A stretch of 64,000 nt of DNA from Candidatus Omnitrophota bacterium (GTDB lineage: Bacteria; Omnitrophota; Gorgyraeia; Zapsychrales; Fredricksoniimonadaceae). The notes under the pieces are model-generated. The model was not told where the DNA came from and did not search any database. It worked only from the letters and a program-made list of their open reading frames with translations. Positions 51,115 to 59,020 of the stretch are shown piece after piece. The stretch covers positions 234,338 through 298,337 of the forward strand of contig CAWHFJ010000009.1 of the NCBI GenBank assembly GCA_963828495.1. Direction: 5' to 3'. The stretch's first letter is position 1. The number at the start of each line of letters is the position of its first letter. The position numbers were made by a program, and so were the translations under genes.

Positions 51115-52380
51115 TTAATCTAAAATAGTATACGCGCGCTCGTGATGTTGGCTTATATCCAGGCCAAGTATTTCATCTTCGGATGTGGTGCGCATGCCCA
51201 CAGTTTTATCTATCACAAGGCAGATAAGCCATGTGACGGTCCCGCAATAAACAATGGTCAACAAACAGGCTTTGGCCTGAATCAGAAGCTGACCGGGATT
51301 GCCGTCGAAAAGTCCGGAGCCGGCGGCATTAATCGCTTTGACGGCAAAAAGTCCGGTGGCTAAAGCGCCCCACGTCCCTCCGATAAAATGCACCCCGAAA
51401 GCATCCAGTGTGTCATCATAACGGAATTTCGGTTTGACAAAAGAAACCATGGAATAACAAAACACGCTGACCAAAAAACCAATCGCCAAGGCACCGCCGA
51501 CATTCACGAAACCTGAAGCCGGTGTAATGGCCACTAAACCAGCCACAGCACCGGACGCGGCCCCCACCATGGTGGGCTTGCCGGTAAAGATCCACTCACA
51601 CGCCGCCCAGCTAATAGCTGCGGCAGCTGTTGCCGTATTGGTCACCACAAAAGCGCTGGTTGCCAACGCGCCTGCTGAAACAGCGGAACCGGCGTTGAAA
51701 CCAAACCAGCCAAACCATAATAGGGAAGCGCCGATCATCACATACGGCACATTATGCATGCCGGGTTTATCTGTGCCAATGCGCTTGCCTAAAAATAAAG
51801 CGGTGACCAAGCCCGCCAAACCGGCATTCATATGCACGACTGTACCGCCGGCAAAATCCAATGCCCCCCAAGTATGCCCGGCCAAACCATCAGACGACCA
51901 GACCATGTGGCAAATGGGACAATACACAAAGGTCAGCCATAAAACGGTAAACCAGACAAACGCGGAGAATTTTACCCGTTCGGCGAAAGAACCGATCACT
52001 AATGCCGGTGTAATCACCGCAAACATCATCTGGAAAATCATGTAAGCTTGATGCGGAATAGTCGGCGCATAATCCGGATTGGGAGTATTGATATCCACAC
52101 CCTTTAACATAAACCATTGCAATCCGCCTATAAAAGGTTCTAGAATGCCTGACCCTTTACCAAAGGCCAAACTATACCCATAAACTACCCATAAGACACT
52201 GACAATAGCCAAACACATAAAGCATTGCATCAAAACACTTAAGATGTTTTTACGTCTGACCATCCCCCCGTAAAATAGGGCCAATCCCGGTGCCGTCATC
52301 AGCAAAACTAAAGCGGATGAGACCAGGACCCATGCCGTATCCCCGGAATTAATAGGATTTACTGGTGGTGTTGTTCCCAT
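51115..52380 (-). CDS. amt: ammonium transporter
   Basis: [13 protein letters not shown]...FGWFGFN...HFIGGTWG. Confidence 0.95.
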   Translation of the reverse strand: MGTTPPVNPINSGDTAWVLVSSALVLLMTAPGLALFYGGMVRRKNILSVLMQCFMCLAIVSVLWVVYGYSLAFGKGSGILEPFIGGLQWFMLKGVDINTPNPDYAPTIPHQAYMIFQMMFAVITPALVIGSFAERVKFSAFVWFTVLWLTFVYCPICHMVWSSDGLAGHTWGALDFAGGTVVHMNAGLAGLVTALFLGKRIGTDKPGMHNVPYVMIGASLLWFGWFGFNAGSAVSAGALATSAFVVTNTATAAAAISWAACEWIFTGKPTMVGAASGAVAGLVAITPASGFVNVGGALAIGFLVSVFCYSMVSFVKPKFRYDDTLDAFGVHFIGGTWGALATGLFAVKAINAAGSGLFDGNPGQLLIQAKACLLTIVYCGTVTWLICLVIDKTVGMRTTSEDEILGLDISQHHERAYTILD

Positions 52381-52405
52381 ACGTGTCGCCTCCTTTGAGT
52401 TTTAG

Positions 52406-52451
52406 AAAATAAAAAATCCGGTTTGCTGTGCTCCAAAGCACATAAAACCGG
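52406..52451 (-). terminator. intrinsic terminator T2 inside the amt leader
   Basis: CCGGUUUUAUGUGCU-UUGG-AGCACAGCAAACCGG followed by AUUUUUUAUUUU. Confidence 0.7.
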
Positions 52452-52464
52452 ACGTCAATGCCCT

Positions 52465-52510
52465 TAAAAATAGAAAATCCCCTTAGGGTTGTACTTGTTT
52501 CCCTAAGAGG
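52465..52510 (-). terminator. intrinsic terminator T1 inside the amt leader
   Basis: The 10-bp stem CCUCUUAGGG...CCCUAAGGGG followed by AUUUUCUAUUUUU. Confidence 0.6.
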
Positions 52511-52555
52511 ACTTATCTTTGCCCCTTGTATCTGCCCGGAACATCTTTGCCCCGG
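52505..52555 (-). promoter_or_regulatory. tandem GGGGCAAAGAU hairpin pair (candidate ANTAR-type antiterminator target)
   Basis: P1 is CCGGGGC-AAAGAU-GUUCCGG, a hexaloop with A1 and G4. After a 10-nt linker, P2 is GGGGC-AAAGAUAA-GUCCU, whose 3' arm overlaps the 5' arm of T1. Confidence 0.4.
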
Positions 52556-52583
52556 ACTTTTCTCAAATTCAAACTACACGACA

Positions 52584-52612
52584 ACTATACTCGGATAAAA
52601 AATGGTTGTCAA
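52584..52612 (-). promoter_or_regulatory. sigma70-type promoter for the amt-glnB leader
   Basis: On the minus strand, TTGACA (52612-52607), a 17-nt spacer, then TATAGT (52589-52584). It predicts a leader of about 195 nt. Confidence 0.55.
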
Positions 52613-52619
52613 TAAAATT

Positions 52620-52835
52620 TTAAGCGCCCTTAAGAATTCTTTCAGCCTGTTTCCAATCCTCTTCGGCACTGCCAGGGCCGCCGTTACGCTTAAGATAAAG
52701 TTCATAAGCTTTCTCTTGAATTCTCTGAAGAGAAACTTCCTTAGTGGCAGCCTTTGGTGCTGTGGGCGTTTCTACCCTGTTTTTAGGTGTCTGAGAAGTA
52801 AATACTGTCCTTTTAATTGTGCTGGCTTGAGCCAT
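52620..52835 (-). CDS. DUF2934-like small protein
   Basis: The C-terminus IQEKAYELYLKRNGGPGSAEEDWKQAERIL fits DUF2934. The preferred start is the ATG at 52835 with GGGAGGG 5 nt upstream; the track ORF starts at 52937. Confidence 0.65.
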   Translation of the reverse strand: MAQASTIKRTVFTSQTPKNRVETPTAPKAATKEVSLQRIQEKAYELYLKRNGGPGSAEEDWKQAERILKGA

Positions 52836-52862
52836 AAAACCCTCCCTGCCCCATCTGCCCCA

Positions 52863-52896
52863 CTTAAAAAGAGCGGCAACAAACGGCGGCTTGTTA
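52863..52896. repeat. 34-bp inverted-repeat partner 1 (palindromic core TAACAA-N8-TTGTTG)
   Basis: Its reverse complement matches 54303-54336 at 33 of 34 positions. Confidence 0.85.
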
Positions 52897-53005
52897 GATA
52901 AAAATCCTCTCATAAAATTCTCAGAGAAGATGCCCATGCAACGTAACTACCTGAAGGCAATAAATATACACCTGCCTACTTAATTTTGTCAACAAAAATT
53001 TTTCC

Positions 53006-54253
53006 CTATTTTTGTAACTCGGCCATCAAAATAATGGACTCGGCGATGTCTTTCATACAACGACAGGTATCCATGCTTTTCTTATGGATCAAACGATGCG
53101 CAGCATCCTCGGACAGATTGTTCATTTTCATCAAAATACCTTTGGCCCGCTCAATGAGCTTGCGGGTTTCCAGAGCTTCCTTGGCGTTTAAAGCTTCTTC
53201 CATCAATTTGGTGTTCTCTACGGCCACCGCAGCTTGGTTGGCCACCATTTGCAGGACATTGATTTCTTCTTCCGTAAAATGATGCGGCTCTTTGGTATAC
53301 ACATTGACTAGCCCAATGGCCTTGGTCTTAACAATCATCGGCACCACCAGCATGGACGTCAGTCCTTCTTTCAGGGCCAAGTCGCGGTAAAAATATTTTT
53401 CATCCTTACTCACGTCATAGACAACAGCGGGCTTTTTGGATTTGATAACGCTGCCGCTTAAGCTGTTCTCTACCTTAATATTAGGCTTCTGTTTGTAGTC
53501 CTGGCTTAAGGACTGTGTCGCCTTAATGGCAAGCTCTTGGGCCTTATCGTCCAAAATCATAATCGAACAAATTTTCGAATTCAGCATCTCCGCCGTGACA
53601 ACCACAATCAGATTAAGGATTTCATCTAAATAGTGCTCGCTGGTAATCGAATGGCTGACCTTGACCAAAGAATCAAACTGCAGCGCTTTTTTCTTGGCTT
53701 CTTCAAAAAGTCTGGCATGATCAATAATACCGCCGACCTGTTTGGCGATCATTTCAATGAGATTGACTGCACCCCCAGAATAATCCTGCGGGCTTTGATG
53801 CTGGACATTAACGACGCCGATCGCCTTGCCCTTATAAATAATCGGTACGGACAAAAACGCCTCATAACGGTCTTCGGGGAGCACGTCGAAACTTTTAAAG
53901 CGCGCATCGCTATAGGCACGGGATTTGATGGCTACTGTCTTGTTTTCACGGGCCACCCAGCCGGTAATGCCTTCGCCGACTTTAAGCACCACATTGCCCA
54001 ATTCTTTTTTATGGGCGGTTTTGGAGGCCATCAACACGAGATTCTGTTTACTCTCATCAAAAAGATAAATAAAAACAGAATCCGCGTCCGTCATCTCTGT
54101 GACGATTTTAACGATTAACTGCAAGGTCAAATTTAAATCAAGCTCGGAGGAGGCAATATCAACGACATTGCGTAAAATCTGCAGCTCTTTGGCGCTGGTA
54201 ATGCTTAATTTTTTATTTTTCGTTCGGCCCACCATGATGAATAAACATAACAC
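53006..54253 (-). CDS. GAF-GAF-ANTAR RNA-binding antiterminator-type regulator
   Basis: Two GAF-like domains and a C-terminal ANTAR motif (RKLIERAKGILMKMNNLSEDAAHRLIHKKSMD). Confidence 0.85.
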   Translation of the reverse strand: MLCLFIMVGRTKNKKLSITSAKELQILRNVVDIASSELDLNLTLQLIVKIVTEMTDADSVFIYLFDESKQNLVLMASKTAHKKELGNVVLKVGEGITGWVARENKTVAIKSRAYSDARFKSFDVLPEDRYEAFLSVPIIYKGKAIGVVNVQHQSPQDYSGGAVNLIEMIAKQVGGIIDHARLFEEAKKKALQFDSLVKVSHSITSEHYLDEILNLIVVVTAEMLNSKICSIMILDDKAQELAIKATQSLSQDYKQKPNIKVENSLSGSVIKSKKPAVVYDVSKDEKYFYRDLALKEGLTSMLVVPMIVKTKAIGLVNVYTKEPHHFTEEEINVLQMVANQAAVAVENTKLMEEALNAKEALETRKLIERAKGILMKMNNLSEDAAHRLIHKKSMDTCRCMKDIAESIILMAELQK

Positions 54254-54302
54254 AAGAACTTTCTACTAACAAGCACTTTGATGAGGCATAATTTTCCCCT
54301 AT

Positions 54303-54336
54303 TAACAAGCCGCCGTTTGTTACCGCTCTTTTTAAG
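54303..54336. repeat. 34-bp inverted-repeat partner 2 (palindromic core TAACAA-N8-TTGTTA)
   Basis: TAACAAGCCGCCGTTTGTTACCGCTCTTTTTAAG lies 50-85 bp upstream of the ANTAR gene start. Confidence 0.85.
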
Positions 54337-54442
54337 CTGTACCTAAAATCACAGCTGAATCATTTACAAAAAGGCCTCCACTGTCACCTGCATTGTTTGA
54401 ATTATAAATGACAGACTACTCATAATTAAGTTCACAATCAAA

Positions 54443-56041
54443 TTAAATATCCGTACCATAAAAAATCTGCCCCTGCTGGGTCTGGAAATCATACCAGGCA
54501 TCGCCGTCACCGTTGCCGCCGTAATAATAAGTGGGCGGCGAGGCTTCTATGATTTGTAAAATGTTGCCCGCGTCATAACCATAAGCAGCGCCGGTATCCA
54601 GCATCAATTGCCCGATCCCGGCAGAATTAAAATTCGCGAAATTTAACCCGCTAATCAAAATATAGTCCCCGTCATTAAAATTGGTCGTCACCGTAAGGAC
54701 AAGCGTAGTATTTGAATTAGCATAACTGACCGTTGCCGAGACCTTGCCGGAAGCGCCGCCGCTGATTGTCGCTGTGGTGATCAAGGGATCCCAGGCCATC
54801 TTCAGCCCTGAGGGAATGTCTACTTTAATGCCGCTGGAAGTGGTGATTCCGGTCCCCGAGCCGGCGGTGTCCTGCATGACTTCAATTGTCCCGGCTGAGG
54901 CCGATGCGCCGTTGTTGACGAAAGCCTGCTCGGTGAAGGCCAGCAGGGCCGGCGGATACCGGCCGTACGAGTCCCCGCTGCCGTTGCCGCCGTAATAATA
55001 AGTGGGCGGCGAGGCTTCTATAATTTGTAAAGCGTTGTCCGCGTCATAACCATAAGCAGCACCGGTATCCAGCATCAATTGCCCGGTCCCGACAGAATTG
55101 AAATTCTTGAAATTTAACCCGCTGATCAAAATATAGTCCCCGTCATTAAAATTGGTCGTCACCGTAAGGACAAGCGTAGTATTTGAATTAGCATAACTGA
55201 CCGTTGCCGAAACCTTGCCGGAAGCGCTGCCGCTGATTGTCGCTGTGGTGATCGAAGGGGCCCAGGTCATATTCAGCCCTGAGGGAATGTCTACTTTAAT
55301 GCCGCTGGAAGTGGTGATTCCGGTCCCCGAGCCGGCGGTGTCCTGCATGACCTCGATTGTCCCGGCTGAGGCCGATGCGCCGCTGTTGACGAAAGCCTGC
55401 CCGGTGGAGGCAAGCAGGGCCGGCGGATACCGACCGTAGGAGTCCCCGCTCCCGTTACCACCCAGATATGGTGGCGGACAACCGGCTCTGATTGTCCAGT
55501 TACTGCCGTTGTCGCTGACGCTGGAACTGCCATACGCCGTGATCACGGCTGACCCGCCCTGGTCTTTTACAGTCACATCCGTTATCAAGAAGCCCCCTCT
55601 GCCGCTCCAGGATCGCTGTATACCGGAAGAGCTTGAAGTGATGGCAATCGATTGAGTACTGCCGCAAATCAAATCCGATCCGTCAAACTCGATGATGCCG
55701 AAATTAGACACGCCACCGCTTCCCACAATCAGGCCTCCGGTCCCATTGTTGGTCATCGTTGCGCCGGAGCTGATGGTCAGGGCGCCGGTGCCGGTCGTTA
55801 AATTATACGACGCGCTCTGGTCAAAGGTCCCGGAAGACACAGTCACAGTCCCTGTGACAGTTGTATTTCCGTCTAAAGCGGCGGTATAACCGGTGTCGGC
55901 AAGGGTCAGATTAGTGTAAGTGCCGTACGCTGACTGTCTGGTTGGCGGCTGTTGAATCATAATAAACCGTACCTCCCCAGGTTTTGCCTGTTGATAATGG
56001 AGGGTTGGCCGTGCATTCTGTTTGGACGGTGCCTGAATCAT
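54443..56041 (-). CDS. secreted Thr/Ser/Gly-rich beta-helix-like surface protein, C-terminal fragment
   Basis: It continues 55911..56945 after a shift near 55925 (..AANQTV / SAYGTYTNLTL.., compare the earlier QTVLGTTYDNLTLS). It contains a 157-aa tandem duplication. Confidence 0.7.
   Translation of the reverse strand: MIQAPSKQNARPTLHYQQAKPGEVRFIMIQQPPTRQSAYGTYTNLTLADTGYTAALDGNTTVTGTVTVSSGTFDQSASYNLTTGTGALTISSGATMTNNGTGGLIVGSGGVSNFGIIEFDGSDLICGSTQSIAITSSSSGIQRSWSGRGGFLITDVTVKDQGGSAVITAYGSSSVSDNGSNWTIRAGCPPPYLGGNGSGDSYGRYPPALLASTGQAFVNSGASASAGTIEVMQDTAGSGTGITTSSGIKVDIPSGLNMTWAPSITTATISGSASGKVSATVSYANSNTTLVLTVTTNFNDGDYILISGLNFKNFNSVGTGQLMLDTGAAYGYDADNALQIIEASPPTYYYGGNGSGDSYGRYPPALLAFTEQAFVNNGASASAGTIEVMQDTAGSGTGITTSSGIKVDIPSGLKMAWDPLITTATISGGASGKVSATVSYANSNTTLVLTVTTNFNDGDYILISGLNFANFNSAGIGQLMLDTGAAYGYDAGNILQIIEASPPTYYYGGNGDGDAWYDFQTQQGQIFYGTDI
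54500..55470 (-). repeat. 471-bp in-frame tandem duplication (2 copies plus a partial third)
   Basis: Anchor GTTGCCGCCGTAATAATAAGTGGGCGGCGAGGCTTCTAT occurs at 54512 and 54983. The copies are nearly identical. Confidence 0.85.
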
Positions 56042-56945
56042 TGACAGTTGTCACTGTCAATGCGTATGTTGACATGTCCAGGGTGCCGCCGGAACTTGTG
56101 GTTAAAGTACCGGTAACGACGACAGCGGCACCGGCTGTGTCAGTGCCACTCGTATTGCTCAAAGTCAGGTTGTCATAAGTAGTTCCCAGCACTGTTTGTC
56201 CTCCAGTGGCAGCGGTGTAATCAACAGTACCGTACGTTAAAGTTGTAGTGCTTGTGCCCGTGCCGCTTAAAACCCAAGGCGACGCGGCAGATAAATCCAG
56301 TGTTCCGGTTTCTGCGCCGGTAGCCATGGTAATTAACGCCGTGTTGGTTGCATTAGCCAGAGAAGTCGTAATACTGGCAGCGCTTAAGGTACCTGCTTGT
56401 ATTTCCAATTCCGGATTATTATATCTGGCACCGGTTCCTTTATAGCCGTTCATGGTTACACCACTGCTGAGGGTAAAAGTGGTAATTGTTGAAACTAAGT
56501 CAGTAGTAAATGTATTAGTAGAAGTAGGATTAACGCCTGAACCTATTACAACAGAAGCGGCGGAAATAATTCCCGTACCAGCCAAAGTAGCTGTCAGACT
56601 GGCACCGGCCAGATTATTAACCGTTATTGCTCCGGATAAGGTTAATGAGCCGGTAGAGGTGATGGTGATACGGCCACCGCTGGCGGTAAAAGTCAAGCTG
56701 GTTGCCGCGTCAGATTCCCCGGTTGGAATGGTCATCTGAAAATTACCAATGCTAACAGTATCAGCGCTGTGAGGGTAGGTACTGCCGCAGCCGGTCCAAT
56801 AGGTAGTGCTAGGCGTTGCCTCCCAAGCGCCTGAAGCAGCGGCAACACAAGCATTCCCTGCATGGGCGTTAACGGAAAACCCCAATAAAAAAATGGCCAG
56901 GCAAAAAAATGTGATCAACTGTTTGTACATAAGCGTCAATAACAT
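55911..56945 (-). CDS. secreted beta-helix-like surface protein, N-terminal fragment with signal peptide
   Basis: Signal peptide ..FFCLAIFLLGFSVNAHA, followed by T/S/G-rich degenerate repeats. Confidence 0.7.
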   Translation of the reverse strand: MLLTLMYKQLITFFCLAIFLLGFSVNAHAGNACVAAASGAWEATPSTTYWTGCGSTYPHSADTVSIGNFQMTIPTGESDAATSLTFTASGGRITITSTGSLTLSGAITVNNLAGASLTATLAGTGIISAASVVIGSGVNPTSTNTFTTDLVSTITTFTLSSGVTMNGYKGTGARYNNPELEIQAGTLSAASITTSLANATNTALITMATGAETGTLDLSAASPWVLSGTGTSTTTLTYGTVDYTAATGGQTVLGTTYDNLTLSNTSGTDTAGAAVVVTGTLTTSSGGTLDMSTYALTVTTVNDSGTVQTECTANPPLSTGKTWGGTVYYDSTAANQTVSVRHLH

Positions 56946-56974
56946 ATTTAGTTAAACCCAAAGATCAAAAACAA

Positions 56975-57664
56975 CTATGGGGAGGTCCTGACCAACCGCC
57001 CGCCGTCACCACTGTTATTGTAGAAGGGGTTACCGGCGTTAGAGGCGTTAGAGCGGTCAGAGATGGCAGCGTACGTCGCTACATCGATCCAATCGCCGCC
57101 GATATACCCGGCACCGTCCGCGGTTGACACATCCCCAAAAGTCCCATTATAGTAGTAGCCGGGCCAGTCTGAATTAGTCGCCAACCCATATGTGTCCAAT
57201 CCTCCGCTCCCATGCGTCCCTGTAAATCCCCGTCCTGTGCTATTGCCCACCGTCACATCACGCTTCCATAAATTCCCTGATAACTCCATGGCCCCGTAGT
57301 AACCCGCCCCTGCAGCCTGACGGGTTGAGCTTGAGGTCGCGTAGGAACCGGCACGGACAGGCCCACTAAAAGTACCGCTGTAGTTACAATTCCCGGCGGT
57401 CGGCACCTCGGAGGCCTGACAAACATTGTTTACCGCCGGGGTTTGGGCGATGACCGTTGTGCCCCAGGAGTATTCTCCGGCCACCGCCGCATTGGGGCCC
57501 CGCGATGCTTTCTCAATCTCAAATTCCGTTGCCGGCCTTAAAGCCCGACCACGCCGCATAGGCGGCCACATCCGGCCAGGCAAGCCAGTTTCTCCCCTCC
57601 ATCCTCCACCCGTGCTGGAATTCATCAGGGAATAGTCTGGCTGAACCGTCAGGACCGGCAGCAT
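56975..57664 (-). CDS. FGE/SUMF1-type (sulfatase-modifying-factor fold) domain protein, fragment 3 of 3
   Basis: LRPATEFEIEKASRG matches the RLPTEAEWEYAARG-type motif. Deleting one T of the TTT (plus-strand AAA 57540-57542) joins it to fragment 2. Confidence 0.7.
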   Translation of the reverse strand: MLPVLTVQPDYSLMNSSTGGGWRGETGLPGRMWPPMRRGRALRPATEFEIEKASRGPNAAVAGEYSWGTTVIAQTPAVNNVCQASEVPTAGNCNYSGTFSGPVRAGSYATSSSTRQAAGAGYYGAMELSGNLWKRDVTVGNSTGRGFTGTHGSGGLDTYGLATNSDWPGYYYNGTFGDVSTADGAGYIGGDWIDVATYAAISDRSNASNAGNPFYNNSGDGGRLVRTSP

Positions 57665-57746
57665 CAGAGCAATCCACGCCGAAGAGGCTGTTGGATGCTT
57701 GTTTAATAAAGTAGTGCCGTTGCCAAAATTTCCGGTGGCCCAACAT
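57519..57746 (-). CDS. FGE/SUMF1-type domain protein, fragment 2 of 3
   Basis: ..NWLAWPDVAAYAAWSG is the typical motif that precedes LRP.TE.E.E. Confidence 0.6.
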   Translation of the reverse strand: MLGHRKFWQRHYFIKQASNSLFGVDCSDAAGPDGSARLFPDEFQHGWRMEGRNWLAWPDVAAYAAWSGFKAGNGI

Positions 57747-58602
57747 ATTGCTGTTGGACCGGCGTCAGGGTGTTGAGAAACTCCGCGTACTGGCGCTGGG
57801 TGATATCATATTTCATGATGTAATAGGCGTTATAGCCTTTAGGGAAAGCCGCGGGGATGGGGCCACCCTGGTCGTCGCCGCAATAACCGTCATACCACAG
57901 GTCCCCGCTGGACTGGGCCACGGTGATGGCTGATTCGCCGGTGATCTGATAAGCGTTGGCGCTGTTGCCGCCGTCATAAAAAGGGCAGTACAGCGAGTCA
58001 CCGGGATCTCCCACATAAAATGAAAAACCGGATTCAGATAAAGAGGCATCGTAACCAGGGACATAGACCATCTCAATGCCAAAAACCCTGATCTCCACTT
58101 TATCGGTATTGCCCACCCCATCTGTGCCATACTTCCACTGGACCTGGTTGCCGGTATAGGAAACACTGCCTGTCTCGACGCCGGAGGCGTAAATAAAAAC
58201 ACCTTTATAACTGGTTATGCCGGCTGTATCAGGGGTGCCGGAACCGGTTTCCTCATAAGGATACCCGCCAAAGGCCATGTGGGAGCCGGTGGCGACCGTA
58301 TTGCCGCTGTTGTTAAGCGTGCAATGCGCCCAACTGGTCCAGGCTCCTGAGGTATAATGCCGGAATTTGACAAACACCCACACCGCGTCCCAATTGGCCG
58401 TGGAAGACGGCGCTCCTGTAATAAACCATGAATTGTTCCAGCTCATATCAAACTTGATTTGATACGTCTGGGCGCCCGTATTCTGGCTTGCCAGGGTCAC
58501 ATTGGTTAGGGCAAGGTTGTTGGCCCTGGCCTGGGGGGCAAAAACACCGGCAGAGATAACTGCAAGAATAACCAAGGATAAATTGCGCATAAATTTCCTC
58601 AT
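57703..58602 (-). CDS. FGE/SUMF1-type domain protein, fragment 1 of 3 (signal peptide plus N-terminal domain)
   Basis: The preferred start is ATG 58602, in an ATGA overlap with the upstream stop. The signal is MRKFMRNLSLVILAVISAGVFAPQARA, and it ends with ITQRQYAEFLNTLT, the start of the FGE domain. Confidence 0.7.
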   Translation of the reverse strand: MRKFMRNLSLVILAVISAGVFAPQARANNLALTNVTLASQNTGAQTYQIKFDMSWNNSWFITGAPSSTANWDAVWVFVKFRHYTSGAWTSWAHCTLNNSGNTVATGSHMAFGGYPYEETGSGTPDTAGITSYKGVFIYASGVETGSVSYTGNQVQWKYGTDGVGNTDKVEIRVFGIEMVYVPGYDASLSESGFSFYVGDPGDSLYCPFYDGGNSANAYQITGESAITVAQSSGDLWYDGYCGDDQGGPIPAAFPKGYNAYYIMKYDITQRQYAEFLNTLTPVQQQYVGPPEILATALLY

Positions 58603-59000
58603 GAGCTTGTACCTGAGCGGGAGCTTATGCAATCCAGCCTTTCCTGGCGCATTTTCTGGATAAAAACCATCCTGTCGTTCATCTGTTTTTTCCCAAAATC
58701 TGCCAATGCCTTCTGTGCCGCGGCCCGGGCTTGCAACTGGGTTTTACTTAAAAGTGTTGCCTTGGTTTGCCCGTTCTGGATTGGCGAAAGGGCCGGATTG
58801 GCTTTCATAAAAGCATCCCTGTCCTGGGCTTGCTTCTGGAAAAAAACTTTTGCCGGCGCATTGACCTTTTGATCGCACTCTGCCAGCTTGGCTTTTGTCA
58901 GGGAGGGACTTGCCCCGCTGGAAGGCTGGTCCGCCCCGAAAGACACTTGAGACAGCAAGCCCGCCATAAAGATTGACAATAAAAAAATATTTTTCATCAT
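58599..59000 (-). CDS. small secreted/periplasmic protein (possibly Spy/CpxP-like)
   Basis: The preferred start is ATG 59000 with AAGGAG upstream. The signal is MMKNIFLLSIFMAGLLSQVSFG. The helical K/Q/A-rich repeats give only a weak family assignment. Confidence 0.6.
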   Translation of the reverse strand: MMKNIFLLSIFMAGLLSQVSFGADQPSSGASPSLTKAKLAECDQKVNAPAKVFFQKQAQDRDAFMKANPALSPIQNGQTKATLLSKTQLQARAAAQKALADFGKKQMNDRMVFIQKMRQERLDCISSRSGTSS

Positions 59001-59020
59001 GTAACAGCTCCTTTCTTGGC

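Noticed and set aside
52381-52580. A glutamine (glnA-type) riboswitch in the amt leader.
   Set aside because: I could not recognise the conserved glnA-motif core in the leader. A protein-dependent (ANTAR-type) mechanism fits the tandem hairpins and the neighbouring regulator better. A covariance-model scan would settle it.
52602-52937. ORF 52602..52901 (+) and the 34-aa N-terminal extension of ORF 52620..52937 (-).
   Set aside because: The plus-strand ORF is antisense to the DUF2934 gene and has no features. The extension would read through the 34-bp repeat and lacks an RBS, whereas ATG 52835 has GGGAGGG upstream.
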